Of a stretch of 64,000 nucleotides of DNA, positions 39,012-53,279 are shown piece after piece. Made by a program: the position numbers and the translations under genes. The notes beneath the pieces were generated by a model. The model saw nothing but the letters and a program-made list of their open reading frames with translations. It ran no database searches and was not told the DNA's origin. Each line of letters begins with the position of its first letter. Within the stretch, counting starts at the first letter, position 1. The stretch lies in the NCBI RefSeq assembly GCF_009914755.1, contig NC_060931.1. One strand, 5' to 3'. The stretch comes from the human T2T-CHM13v2.0 reference genome, Homo sapiens.

Positions 39012-40382
39012 CTGAGAGAAAAAAGAAAAGAAAAACTTAACACAAAAGGTAACTTTAACATGCACTTTTAAACTGGACAACCACTGTTGACAGACCAAAA
39101 GTGCAGTTACTCTTTGAAAACAAAATATAGGCATTGCCAATTTCCACCACAGTATATTTAGAACTAAGTTATAGACTAAATTCTAAGCAAAACCCTACTA
39201 TCATTTGGAAATCAGGAGAACTAAAATTGATGCTGTGTTCCCACTTCAGCAGCCAATCAATTCTTGATATATCCCAAGGCAGTGGTTCTGACATGAGGTT
39301 AATCATTACAATGAGCTGGGATTAAAGATGTACACAGCCCTCCCCTAGAGGTTCAGATTTAATAGATTTGGAGTAGGACAGAAAAATTAAATGTTCCCCC
39401 ATTATTCCCTGGCAAACTTTTTGGCTGGTTCTTTGAAGCTCTTTTCTGTATTAGGAAGTAAGCAAGGAGTTTTTCAATACATTTTCCCCTTATTCCTTAA
39501 AGAAGGTCAAAACTGTATTACAGGATTGCCTGTGACTTTTCTCTTTAAATTCAGCTCAAATTACTTCAGGTTCTGGGCCAACATGGGATTATGGCTATTT
39601 AGCGTGATTCTCTACGAAGTAGAGAATCTTTGTCTATACTGAGACATAATTTTGAACTATGCTTACGCCTCTTGACAGCACTATAAATTTATTCAAAGCC
39701 TTTCTCCCTTAAAACACCCCAATTACAATTAAGTATTGATATAATTACTAGTTTAATGCCTATCTTCTCTACTAGATTATACACTCCAAAGCAGCCAAGA
39801 ATAAGCCTATCTTATTTACAAGTGTAACGTATTCAGCTCTTATAATGCTCAAAAACAATTTGTTGAAGAAACGCTACTAATCTAGGGAACCTAAGTACTA
39901 TGAAAGAATATCTTTAGGCAGAGAAAAAATAAATGGTAAAAAGCACCTGATCTTTAAAAATAAAAACAGCCACCAGAAATAAAATACAAACGGAAGGTCT
40001 TTAGTCACTACTTTCCTACAGCTCTTTGCCACAGGTAAGGTGGCAAAACTGATCTGCAGTAATTTACTAATTAATGTACCTTTACTTTCCTCAAATTAAA
40101 ACTTTTTTAAAATGACAATATATTGACTTGAACAGGAAAAGACCCAAGTACCCTGAAAAATATCCTTAAGACTGTCTAGGTGCAAAGTGTTGTGTCATTT
40201 AAGAAGCATTTAACCATCTATTAAGCTCTGGGACTACTAAAGAGTATAAACTATCTTAGAAGTATAATTAATATAGTAGGGTCTATAAAAGTTAAATAGC
40301 TCAGATTCAATATTTTGCAATCTGTTTACATTTAATCTTTGAAGTGTATTTTATCATTTTGAAAACGATGATAAAATCATTT

Positions 40383-40435
40383 CCCCCACCCCCACAACAT
40401 ACACACACACACACAGAGAGAGAGAGAGAGGGAGA
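40383..40435. repeat. C-rich/(CA)n/(GA)n compound microsatellite
   Basis: Direct inspection. Confidence 0.85.
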
Positions 40436-41517
40436 TAATTATTGTTGATCCAAGCATTCAAAACTCTACTGCAAAAAAGTTACCAGGTTATCACAACTTT
40501 ACTAAGTCTTGAGAGATTCCAAATCTGATATTATCTACTTGTGTGACCTTAAAAAGCTTTATAATCTTTATACTTTGGTTTACTCATGTTGTAAAATAGA
40601 ACAAACCTAACCAAACCTAAGTTGAAGAATTATTAAAGAAAATATGAACCTAAATCCCAGGGAAATTATATACTTGAGTTTCTACTGGAAAAAATGTATA
40701 GAATAAAATAATTTCTACCATTTCCCAAATACAAATCTATGTTTACTCCACTAGTCCTTATTACCACAAAATCAGAAAACATAAATTTAAAAAGATTCAG
40801 AGAATAGCCTGAGTGTTATTCTTTACATAAAAGTAAATTCTCATATATATATTTTTGAAGTCCATTTCACATTACAAAATATCTTGGCAACGGACTGCTA
40901 ATATATTTAGTTCACAGTTAACTTCATAAGTGAGTGACAAACTATGAGAGGTAGACTGATTTTAAAAAATGCTTTGGCTAAGCCTAATTGACCTATATAT
41001 ATTTCTCAGGAAGTGTAGGTGAGCATAGTAGCAGTGGGAAGAAAACAGGAAACTTTTGCACACTGATTCTAAACTACAAAACCTGCTAGACCCATAATAC
41101 AGATTCAATTCTGCCTTTAAGGATAGTCAAAAAAGATTGAAGAGGAACACCAAAATAATGTGAACTCGGTTTAACTTAAGAATTCAACTTAAGATTTAAA
41201 TAGGATACATGTACATGGCTGCAGATTTAAAGCATAAAATAATCAGTCTGTAAACATGAGGTTATACATAAAAAATAGTCAAGTGTAAAATATAAGACTG
41301 CATCCCTAAATCAGACACATCACTTTGCCTACCAGCTTCTCAATCACAGAAAAATAAAGACACTATCAATTTCTTAATTAGTCCTAATTATACAGTTAAG
41401 TTATATTCAGTAGGGACTGCATATTTATTCTCAATAAACATCCAAAAAAAAGTATTTGCCTCTAACCTTAACTAATCAATCTTAATTATCAATCACAAAT
41501 GCTTCCCCTTACCCTCG

Positions 41518-41545
41518 CCACCCCCCACCCCCCCACCCCCCCCCC

Positions 41546-41586
<41 letters not shown>

Positions 41587-41590
41587 CGCA
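41518..41590. repeat. C-run/(CA)n/(GA)n compound microsatellite
   Basis: Direct inspection. Confidence 0.85.
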
Positions 41591-44500
41591 AGTGTGTGTA
41601 TCGTTGATCCAAGCAGTCCAGATTTCTTTCAGGTCCACAGATACACCAAATGTATTCTTTCCCTCACTTTTCAGGCCTTCACCTATGTTTTTTCCTCTCT
41701 GACTATAACATTCTCCCACTTTCCTGATCTGACTCACTTCTAATAATCCTTCAGATCCCAGTATAGATGTCACTTCCTCCAAGAAGCCTTCAATAATCAA
41801 CCTCTTGTTTTTTGTTGTTGTTTGTTAAAAATCCTTCACCTACACTCTCATAGCACCCTAGATATCTATACTAGCTTATCCACTGTTTTGTAATTAATTT
41901 CTTTTCCATATCGCCATTAAACTGGAAGATTAGAACAGAGAAGATATTCTTGATGCTCACCGCTACCCCAGCTCTCAGGATAATGCATGACTGATATTTG
42001 CTAAATGAAATACTACAGAGCTCTATGTATTAAAAAAACCTTCTCTAAAAATTAGATTTTTTAAATCTATGTGAAGTTAACTGAGGAGTCAAAAATGAGA
42101 CTTTAAAACTTTTTTAATTCCACTTACATAGTTAACAAATGAGAAAAATAAGGTGTGTCTCAGTCCACAAACAGAGATAATAAAAGTTTTTCCCTTAGTT
42201 TCAGACACCACTTAAGATTTTTTTATTTTTTCCCATGGAGACAGAATGGCTTTCTTCAAAGTCAGCTACCATTTTCTGATTGCTCTGCTCACTTACAATT
42301 GGACACAGCCAACTCTAAGTGCCTCTGTCAATAGCTAAAACTTCCTGTCACCTGAGACAACAGACATGGTCATCCAGACAGCAACATAAAGTTCCTCCAC
42401 AGCTCTTGATGCTGAGAAACAGAGAGCCATGCTGACTTCCTTCTTCTTTTCCTATATTGCTCTCTTTCTTGCCTTAGGGTTTTAAATTATCTTAGAAATC
42501 ACCACTTACTGCTTACATAGATCAGTACCTTTCAAACATCCAGCCCTCCAAAGGAAAGGCTTTTGATAGCTAAAGATTAATGACTGTATATTCCAGATTT
42601 TCACCCCTAATAGGTGCTCAATAAAAATTACTTAAACTTCATCAAGGGTTTATCTTGTGTTATTCTTTAATGGCAAGTGCATTGCATGTACTGGTGAAAA
42701 TGTTTAAAATATTTTTTCAAAAGGAATCAGTATTCAATTTTACATTAGGTTGGATGGCAGTCACATTACAATATGACAATATTAATTCTAACTCTTCTAT
42801 GCTAGACAAAGACAAGGTTTCATTTTCTTACTTAATGCACTGACATTTTGGTCAATGCCCATTTTAAGTGATGACAAGAATGCTTCTTAAATGGTATACT
42901 GCTTGCTTACTATTGGCTCAAATATAAACTCAATCTTCTTTAGGATGACCACTTAACTACAATATCATCAAAACACTGCAAGTAAATAAATGTACGTTCC
43001 TCATCACAACTCCTGAAGGAAATTTCTTACTGATCATCCTTAACGTAAGGATTCAAAGATACAAAGAAAACTTAAGAAATTGAAAGTTCTATCCTAAAAC
43101 TGTCACCTGTAAGGGCTGGTTAAATATATATATATATGTTAATTATAGAGCACTGCCACATACCACAATAAACTTAAGTAGAATACAATTATCTTAGGAC
43201 AGTGCCTACTTGGGGAATCTTTTAGTTTAATCTAACAAACACTTATTGAGCACACATTAAATACCAGGTACACTGTTACTCATTGGAAATATGAAAGATA
43301 CGGTCTTTCCCCCACTGAGAAACTCAGACCAATATAAATGGCTGTTGTCTTGGGAACGTAACACCAGATGACATGCTTTGAATATGAATGTAAGGAAAAC
43401 AAATCTACTTTTTTCTTATAAAAAAAAGTCCCATTTTAAATTTCCTATAACTGTTATATAACAACAAAAAAAGAAAAAGCCATCATAGGTATGGCACTCT
43501 CCTATGTACCTCAGAAAAATCACGTCCACCCTACGCTTTGCCTTCAGAATCAGGACTGAAGCATCACCATTCAGTCAGAGCTTAAACTAATTGCAATTAA
43601 AGTTGTTTTAAGGAGAAAAAAAAAAGCGTAAGTTAAATGACCAAACCCAAATTTAGAAAGATAATGACAGCAAACATCACATGAAGCTAATTCTCATTTT
43701 TCATTACCATACAATTAAAGTTACAATTTATTCCTCCCTAAGAGTCAAAAAAAGAGTTCCCTGCATGTACTGCTCTAGCATATTCTACATGTAGAATCTT
43801 TTTTCTACAAATTATATATTTCTCTTCTTACAATATTATATATTTCAAGAACTTAAAAAGAAGATGTCAGCTTCATATTAAAGACCAGTCTTGAATACCA
43901 GACAAAATTATCCTTCTCTTTTCCCCTCATTTTTCTCTTTCTAACCATAGGGGCATTCCATAGTTCCTTTGCCTCTAGCACACAACTAAGAAATTCTGAA
44001 AGAATATTGAACTCAACTAAACCAATTTAATAAACACATAAAAGATATTTAATAAATATGTAAAGGTAGTACACTTTTTATCTGCTATTTAAAATTTTGT
44101 TTTGGTTTGGGGAGAGAGGTCAAAGAGGAAGGAAGATAAACTGAAAGTGTTATAGAGAGGAGGGAAATTTGAAGACACCATATTAGAAACATGATCCTAT
44201 CAGAATGACACAGCCAAAGCCAAACTACACAAAGGGTAAGGCACAGTCAAGGTAGTAGAAGAAACCAGGGGTTCAGAGCAAACAGCAGGTCTCAAGTCAG
44301 CCAATCATCAGGAATTTCCAAGTGGAAAACCTGCAGCTGCAAAACATGCAGGCTTCTTAAAAAATGAGGCATCTATCTATGGACTGATGTCAACAATAAA
44401 TAGTTGAATCTACAGTTAATAAAGCAAAGGTACACAAGAGTACGTAGAGTCAGCTACCATTTGTGTAAGAAGAAAATGAGGGATATATGTTTGTATATGT

Positions 44501-45899
44501 ATAAAAGGTCTCTGGAAGAAGACACATAAACCATGTAGCAGCATTGCCTGAGCAAAGGGGAACTGAAGGACAGAATAGTATAGAAACTTATTTTTTCCTC
44601 TATACCCTTTTGTACTTTACTATTTAAAACCACAGACACATATTACTTATTATAAAAAGAAAAACCCATTTAACTTAATTTGCAAGTTAAGCAGACTAAT
44701 AAAGATATACCAGAAGTCAATAAGAATTTGTAATTTAAATCCAAGAAAACAGTTCAAAGGAAAAGCTGAAATGTCAGGCAAACAGGATGGGTTAAAACTG
44801 GTCAAGCAGTCAGTATAGCACACATCAAGTGGTGGACATTAAAAATGAGTCAACTCCTTCATAAGACAGAACTTTTTATGAACTTCCAGCTTGCATAGGA
44901 ATTAATACCTGGTCATAGACAGCCCAGTGTAGGCAGAAGGTGAGACACAAAAGGAGATGATACAGCAGTTGAAGATAACTATCTGAGCTTGAAGATAAAG
45001 GTAGATAACCTAACATATTACTACCATTCAACCTGATTTATACCCTACAGGTTAACAAGAGCAAAAGCATGGACTTCAGGGTTCTATCTTCAAATATCTG
45101 TCAAAGATATATAGCACCACCAGGATAGTTCTTTAAATGCAACGTGTGTGACCTAATTGTAATGGAAAGAGCCTAGAAATAGATGAGTCATTGAGGGTGT
45201 GCTTGGGAGTAGAGTGGAATAGGAAGAACAGAGCCTCAGAGCTAGAAGGGATCTTTGTCCCCAAGTTATACAGTCCAGACTTCCATACCATTCTCCCAAG
45301 GTTTTAGTCAGTCTCAACTTAAATGCCTTAGTGCTAAAGAAGGGCTACCACAGTAGACATTAGATTAACCAGAAATGCAAGAGATTACTATCTTGAAGAA
45401 ACTAAAATTTCTTAGTTACAGGATACAGTAATGAAGTAAAATAATTCTTTTTTTAATCCAAGATTAGTTTCTTTGTACCACTCAGCATATTTCTAAATCA
45501 CCTCTAACTTAAACTGTTGGGTACTCAGAAAATTAAAATAATAGTATTTTCAGAATTTGCCTAAATAAAAAATAACTCAAAAGGCAAATTTGCTGATATC
45601 ATTTTAAAAAGATCGCAGTTCAAAACATCAACATAAAATGGCTTTGGAATTTTACCATTTCAAATTACCCGTTTCACTGCCTCACTTCCTTAGCTCAGAG
45701 AGTAAAAATACGACAAACACAGAGAACAGATATGATCACAACATAATAAGAAAATAATTAATTTAATCTTTAAATATTTGCCTTCTAAAATTAAAAAAGA
45801 TTTTTGGAATCTTTTTTAATTCTGTACCCACACAGATTTTGGGTACAGGTTCTTGTTGATAAGGCTGTTTTTTAACAAGTCAAAGCACTTATGACTTAA

Positions 45900-46219
<320 letters not shown>

Positions 46220-47745
46220 TAATTCTAACTTCTCAATAAAAAAATGCTATAGTAAACTGACATAGTATAACTTCATTAATTCCAAATTAAGAATTTTAAA
46301 AAAGAAACCTATAACAAGTAATATTACTAAATATGAAAAGCTATTGCTGTCATTTCCATGGTATGAGAAAGAACCAAAAAAACCCTTTAATCTCTATTCT
46401 AAAAGAAGCTAAAACAAACAGACACTATTTTTTCTGTTATGCCAGAAATATAAATACTGTCCCTAATAAGTAAAATTCTATTTTAATTGAACTTATCACA
46501 AGAAAATTTGACCTATAAATTATCTGTTAGTCGAGGGCAATTATCAAAAGTAAAAATCAAACAACAAAAAATCCCTAAAATAGTTTATACCACCATCCAA
46601 TATAAGGATAGGCACTTGGTATACAAGCAATGCTTCCTAAATTAAATACAGATAAAAGCAATGCCATGAGTACTACAGATGAAAAGTCTAAGAAATGGAT
46701 CTTTTGGAGAGTCAGAGAAAAAATAAATGTTTTAATTCAGATTCTATTTCTTAGAATCCTAAAGTAAAGCAAATATATGATTTCCCCGTTTATAACAATT
46801 TAGAAACAAGCAACTCAAAAAATCTCATCAATACAAAACAAGTAGTTACATATGAATTATTTTTCCTTTGAACCTCAGAAATTTTTCATTAAGGTAGTTA
46901 AGATTTAAATAATGACAAGGTATTCTAATCCTCTAAGTGTCCATCAGTCATATTTATTTGCTTGTTCACATCTGAGTGAATACTCTGTAATGTCAGAGAA
47001 GCCAAATACACAAGGGGTGGACAAGTGGATTATAGGAATCACAGCAACCTAACATCTTACTGATAACATAGGGGCGCTAACAGTTCCCAATCATTTCACA
47101 TGTTGTAAGTAATACCTATTTTAAAACACTGGATTACAATTACACAATTATATTTATTATAAAGCTAATTCTTATTATCAGCTAATGAAAATAAAATCTA
47201 AGCAAATCTACCTGAAGATATCAGGGCTGGAATATTGTCTTTCTTCTATCTTGCGCTCTATTAAAGATACCAAAACTCCACAAACTCAAGGGTTAGGGAG
47301 AAGAAGGTGATCACACAAACATAAATAAGGTAATTAACCTAGAACAAATGACATCTCAGACATTCTGAGTAATCTACTGTACCAAAGCTCATGAAGACCC
47401 AGAATAATTTACTGCCTTTTGAGAGTTTACACAAAACATGCCAAAAGATATCAATGGATCTTTAAGAAGTGCTTTACCAGAAAATACACCACATAATATA
47501 TTTATTTAAATCATACTAAACAAATTTATTTTAAAATTAATATACCATATATAGTACTGAAGAATAATCTCTAGACCAAGTCAGTATTTATACATCCACT
47601 TTTTTAAAATATGAAAATTTTAAATATTCTATAAAGAAAGCCAACATATACATTTTAATGTTTTTTAAAAATTATTTCTAAGGACTTCTAGGTAGTTTTT
47701 AACTACTATGTGAAGATTGAAAAATATATCCTAAAACATTCATAC

Positions 47746-47841
47746 CTGATCGAAAGCACTCAATTATTTGTTGAATACCAGATTTGGATGTCTGTAGTGG
47801 TTGCTGTAACAAAGGAGGATCTCCAGGTTCCAGGATATAAA
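47746..47841 (-). CDS. ZNF800: ZNF800 exon 3 ([32 protein letters not shown])
   Basis: 96 nt; acceptor tcttccatgtag, donor CAG|GTATG; keeps frame between exons 2 and 4. Not shown in this frame in the ORF track. Confidence 0.93.
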
Positions 47842-49254
47842 CTACATGGAAGACAAACACCCACCCCAATCCCCACAAAAAAAGGGTTATTTAAATCATT
47901 TACTATTAAAGTAAAACAATGGCTTTCTACAATTACATTAAGGATAATCACACTTGTGCCCGCACACACACACACATATATAATATGTAGATATATATAT
48001 AATTAACCATCATCTTTGTAAGGCAAAATGAAACAATGGAGAAAAAAACTAAAACTATTCTCAAAGGCTAACTTAAGGCTACTTAAGGCTAGATATTAGG
48101 TTTCAATACAAAGACCTTACTATTTTGGTATTATTTAGTATACATTCTTCATGTTTGCCTTTTTATTCCCCTTGAAGAGGAACCACTATATTTAATCAAA
48201 ATTCTAAGGCAATGGTGGCCTAGCCACGCTTCATAAACCATTCCAAAATCCTCTGGATAATCTGGTATAACTCTGGATATTTATGAGCAAAATGTCAAAA
48301 ATCACTGCCTAAAGAAATAACTGAACAAGTGCACAATGATGGATGCAGAAGAATGTTCACTGTAGTGCTCTGCAGCACTGTATATAATTGAGAGAAATTT
48401 CAAACAACTTAAAAGTCTCTTAATAGTGACCAGATTAAATAAACTATGAAATGCCCATAGGACAGACTTTTTCATGGCTGTTAGAAAGCATGAACTAGTT
48501 CTATGTGTATTCACAACAAAGGATGGCAATAATTGTTAAGCAACAAACATAGGTTATAGAATATGATCCCATTTACATTAATACATTGGTAGATGCAGAA
48601 ATATATAAATTTAATATATATTTTATATATGTATAAATGCTGTTAGGGTGGATTTTCAGGGATGTTTGCTTTCTGCCTCACACTTTAATGCTGCTTCAGA
48701 GTCTGGCTTTTAGAAAGGACACATTTTTACAATAAGTAAAAATAATCTTTCCATTTTAAAAATTAAAAATTTCATTTTTACATAAAGAGGTTTATATTAT
48801 CCCTAATTCCCAAGATTCTCAGACTAGTAGTATAGATACATAATAAATTACAGTAATATGAATAAAGACAACAGAAAAGGAAAACTGGGTTTCTTCATCA
48901 GTTATCAAATAGAGATGGTTGTGGTGGAGAAAAACTGACCATTTTAATTATCTCTTTTTTAAATATGCCATAATGTTCTACTCAACTATGACCATCGTAA
49001 CACAGGACCACCCACTTAGTGTGAGGAGAAATGAAGGGTGATTTCAACAATGTGTGCTACTCTTGCTTCAGGGTTTAGGCTTGGACAGTACTTAGCTTTC
49101 TGATAGCGGGGCTAAACTAGCCTACTGTGCTATGTATATAGATACAGGCTTAGATTCTCCTTTATGCTTCAAGTCTAGTGCTCAGTGTACACAAACAAGA
49201 GGAATGATGTTTTGGGACCAACTCATTTCATTAAGCAAAATTTCCCCAATTTTA

Positions 49255-49579
<325 letters not shown>

Positions 49580-49602
49580 AGGTGTATTTTAGATTAATTA
49601 AG

Positions 49603-49603
<1 letters not shown>

Positions 49604-49635
<32 letters not shown>
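49604..49635. repeat. Perfect (AC)n microsatellite (~16 units)
   Basis: Direct inspection. Confidence 0.92.
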
Positions 49636-49637
<2 letters not shown>

Positions 49638-49669
49638 ATTTTGAGAATATCTGACATTGGCACTAACTG

Positions 49670-49920
49670 CAGTGATTAAGAACATAAGAATCCAGACCTG
49701 GACTCTCTGTGTTTAAATTCTTTTTCTGCCATTTACTAGATACAATTAGGGCAAATTAAACTCTCTGATTTCTCTTTTCTCAGGTCTAAAATGGAGATTT
49801 TCACAGTACTTAAATTATAGGGTTGTATAGGGGTTAAATAAGCTAATGCAAATCAACTGCTTAAAACAGCCTGGGACATAGTAAGTGCTCAATAAACATT
49901 CTACCATCACTATCATCAAC
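49670..49920 (+). mobile_element. MIR
   Basis: gggcaaatt...taaaatggag...atagtaagtgctcaataaac motifs. Confidence 0.7.
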
Positions 49921-52900
49921 ATGTACCCATCAATTGCTTTCCTGACACCAAAAACCAAAAAATCTTTTTTCAAAATCTTAGAGAAAGAGAATTAAACCTC
50001 TTACGAAAACAGAAGTTTGTAAACAGACCAGTATCGTCTACTTGAATAAACTGATTTCTCCTATTTGCACATTATAGCAACAGGTAACTACTTACAAAAA
50101 AAATGGTAACTACATAAAAGAGGGTGAAAACCCACACTACTGTAAAAAACTAAATGCTTCAAAGTCTGCCTCTATCAGTTACAAGAATTCTAGAATTGGA
50201 GAATGAAAAAACAGAAATAAATAAGGGAAGGATATTGGGAAAAACAGACTCTTCTCCTTAGAGCTCCTGCATTTACAAATGTGTTCCAGAAAACCTTCTG
50301 TATAAAATACACCAACTTCCACTTCCACATGACAGCACCTCATTTTAAAGCTAAGGCTAAATATTCTTACCCACCACCCTCAGAACACTGCTACCACCAG
50401 AACACATACACATCCTGAGATAACATTCAAAATAAGCCCAGGATTAGCTTAGCTGTGCCTGGACACAACCACTTGGTATACACATCTGTGTAGCTCCCAC
50501 TCTAAAGAAACAATTCTTCCTTCACTTGAAAACATACTCTCAACTCTAGAAAACTTTATTATATTAATACTTTATAAAATTGCTTCTTACATAGCCTATC
50601 ATCCTCCCAAGATCAGACCCACCCAGGTTACATGACCATTTAGAAAAAAAAAATCTTTCTCCAACCAAAAAACCCAAATCCTCAGAACATCTTTCCTTAC
50701 ACCCTTCCAAAAACACACTTCCCAGAATATAACATTGACTTTTGTAAGAGTCTCTCCTCCCTTAAAACAAGGCCCTTAAAAGATCACTCTATTTATGACG
50801 TATGGGACTTGCTTACAAATATTAGGGAGAGAGAGTAAGTGGAAGGTAGAGAGGGGAATTGGGGGAGGAGGGGAGGAGAGAATATAGAGGAAAAGAGATT
50901 GTCCATGTAACAACTGATGGAGTTGTGTGATGGTTACATCAAGTTCCTCATATTATCTAGTTTTGAAGGTTTGGAAATTTCTATTAATAAAATCTTAAAA
51001 CATAACTAAGAAAATACATACACTGCCAGAGTTATAGTGCCACCCTTAACTATAAATTGACCTATCTCTTCAAGGCAGAATGGCCTCATCAGGAATATAC
51101 TGATCTCCTCTGGAGACTCACCCAGTATTCATAATCCAAATGTGGACAGATTTTTATCAAACATTATGTCATCTTCCCTCCATCTGTGGACATGATCTTT
51201 TAAAAGCTATCACACTACAACATATTTCTTTCAGTCCTGGAAATATCCTACCCACTCAGCATATACCTTCCTCTGAAATAATGACAATGAACTACTCTAT
51301 AAGTTAACAAAGTTCTATTTATCCATTCAACAAAATTCTAAGAAAGTTTGATTCAAGCTAACAAGGCAAGAAAACAGTAACTACTGTTGACGTGATAAGT
51401 CTGAAAATTAACCTGCATGGAAAAAGTTTCTAGTAAAAGATGTTGAAAATTTTAAACTAATACAATTTTGTCTGAGTTCCTGCTAGTTGGGGAGAAAAAA
51501 AAACAAGCAAAAACATTTCAATACACGTTAAAAAGCTCAAGTCTAGAAAACATCTTTAAAGACATTAAAGTCTTCAGAAAACTCATTACCAGAACATACT
51601 AAATAAGGTATAATCACAAATTAGCTTATTTGTTTACTTCTTTATGTTTATCTCTTCCCACTCAAACATTTTATAAAGAAAGAACTTTATCTGTCTTGTT
51701 CACCACTTATATCCCCATTGCCTTCAACAGTGCTCTCAATAGATGTTCAATAACAATTTGTTAAAGAAATGAATGATCAATAAATTTCTTCCTAAATAAG
51801 ATGGTTTCATTAACTAATTCAACTTCAATGATTAAAAGTGTTCTCAGAAAAAAAAAACTAGACTAAAAGGTCAGTGGAACATGAGTTTAAATGGCACTCA
51901 CATCTGTATAGTTCAAAACTAGCAAACTCCATTCAACATCAGTAAAACATAAGTGATATATCTGCAGTTCAAATACACAAAATATGCAGTGTGAAAGGAT
52001 CCTGAAAGTTAAACAGGTCAAGAGCAGTTCAATAGAAACTGGATCCCATCCAAGGATTGCCTGTTTTATTAGTACAGGTAAGTTATTACTGATCTCAGCA
52101 AAGTACAGTAGAGATAGGGTTGTAGTACGAATTTTATCCTCATCTGTAGCAAAGTTTTCTTAAAATGGAAGCTCTTCCCTTCTACTGATAACATTTTTTT
52201 CCATTAATCAGAAAATTACCTAAAATGAACTCTACTGTGATAAAATCCAAGTACATAAGTGCAGTTAAAATACTCCAACAAAAAGCAAGCAAATGTATTA
52301 AAAATCTAATAACTTTTAGGTCAAAAATAATGATAAACATCCGCCTTTAAACTAGAATAGCCTAGCCTTTATTTGATTTAGTGATGGTATGCATTCAATG
52401 ATTCCCTTTTAAGTTATACCTTTTAATGATTGTCACAAAGCATATCAAAGTTCTAAGTAGAACTGTCAACAGTATATCAAGTTTATCAAATTAAAGTTTG
52501 CTAGTATTCTTCATGAGACTCCGAAAAACTTTTTCATATGATAAATTCAACTAAAGCAAGTTTCATTCCATAAAATACCCTGGAAATAATTATGTATTCT
52601 ACCTAAATAAAAAAAGAGATTTCTCTTTTATTTCGCAATATAATATGTTCTGCCCAAGATATTTTTTTAAAGGTTGCGCTTAGCAAAACCTGATTCTCCC
52701 AATGAGTTCAACAAACTTTTAAAACCCAAACTAAACTCACTTTTAGACTTTCAGAACTACTTGCTGATTAAAATGCCTAAGAAACTTTTAATTTTTAAAG
52801 TTTCAGTGAAACAATTTCACGACAACAAATCTAGTATTCTATGTTTTCCTTTCTCTTCAATTTTAAACATTTACAGACCATAGGAGTATATTAACTGCAG

Positions 52901-53169
52901 GATGCCTTGAAAAAGAAAGAAAAAAGACTGAGCGACTGATCTTGTGGAAATGATTTAAGGTGACACTTGCAGTACTTTTTTTTAAGGGATCAAGCAGGGG
53001 AGACCTCTTGTTTGTACAAGCTTTTAGCTTCATAACTGGCTTATGCTAGGGAATATCATAGCCTGCTTAAGAATGACTACTGGGGCAGGAGGAAAAAAAG
53101 CTAGAAAAAAAGAGAAGGCAGAGTGGCTCTGATGGAGGGCAAAGCAACTGCGGACGAAGAGGGGTCTAC

Positions 53170-53230
53170 CTGGTTCACAGCATCCGTGATGATGGTGGTC
53201 AGTCTGACAGTATTTGTCCCTTAAAGGCAT
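53170..53230 (-). CDS. ZNF800: ZNF800 first coding segment (exon 2 = 53170-53288; MPLRDKYCQTDHHHHGCCEP)
   Basis: ATG at 53230-53228 with A at -3; acceptor cttctttcaacag (AG 53290-53289); donor CAG|GTAGAC; 61 coding nt, phase 1. Confidence 0.95.
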
Positions 53231-53257
53231 TTTCAGTGGACTCGACCTACTTTGCTT

Positions 53258-53278
53258 TCACTGTAAGAAGCTCTTCAT
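53258..53278 (-). promoter_or_regulatory. uORF MKSFLQ* in the ZNF800 exon 2 leader
   Basis: ATG AAG AGC TTC TTA CAG TGA; G at -3; ends 27 nt before the main ATG. Confidence 0.7.
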
Positions 53279-53279
53279 T

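Noticed and set aside
48064-48091. Short tandem repeat aaggcta(a)ctt, about three copies
   Set aside because: Simple slippage repeat with no evidence of function.
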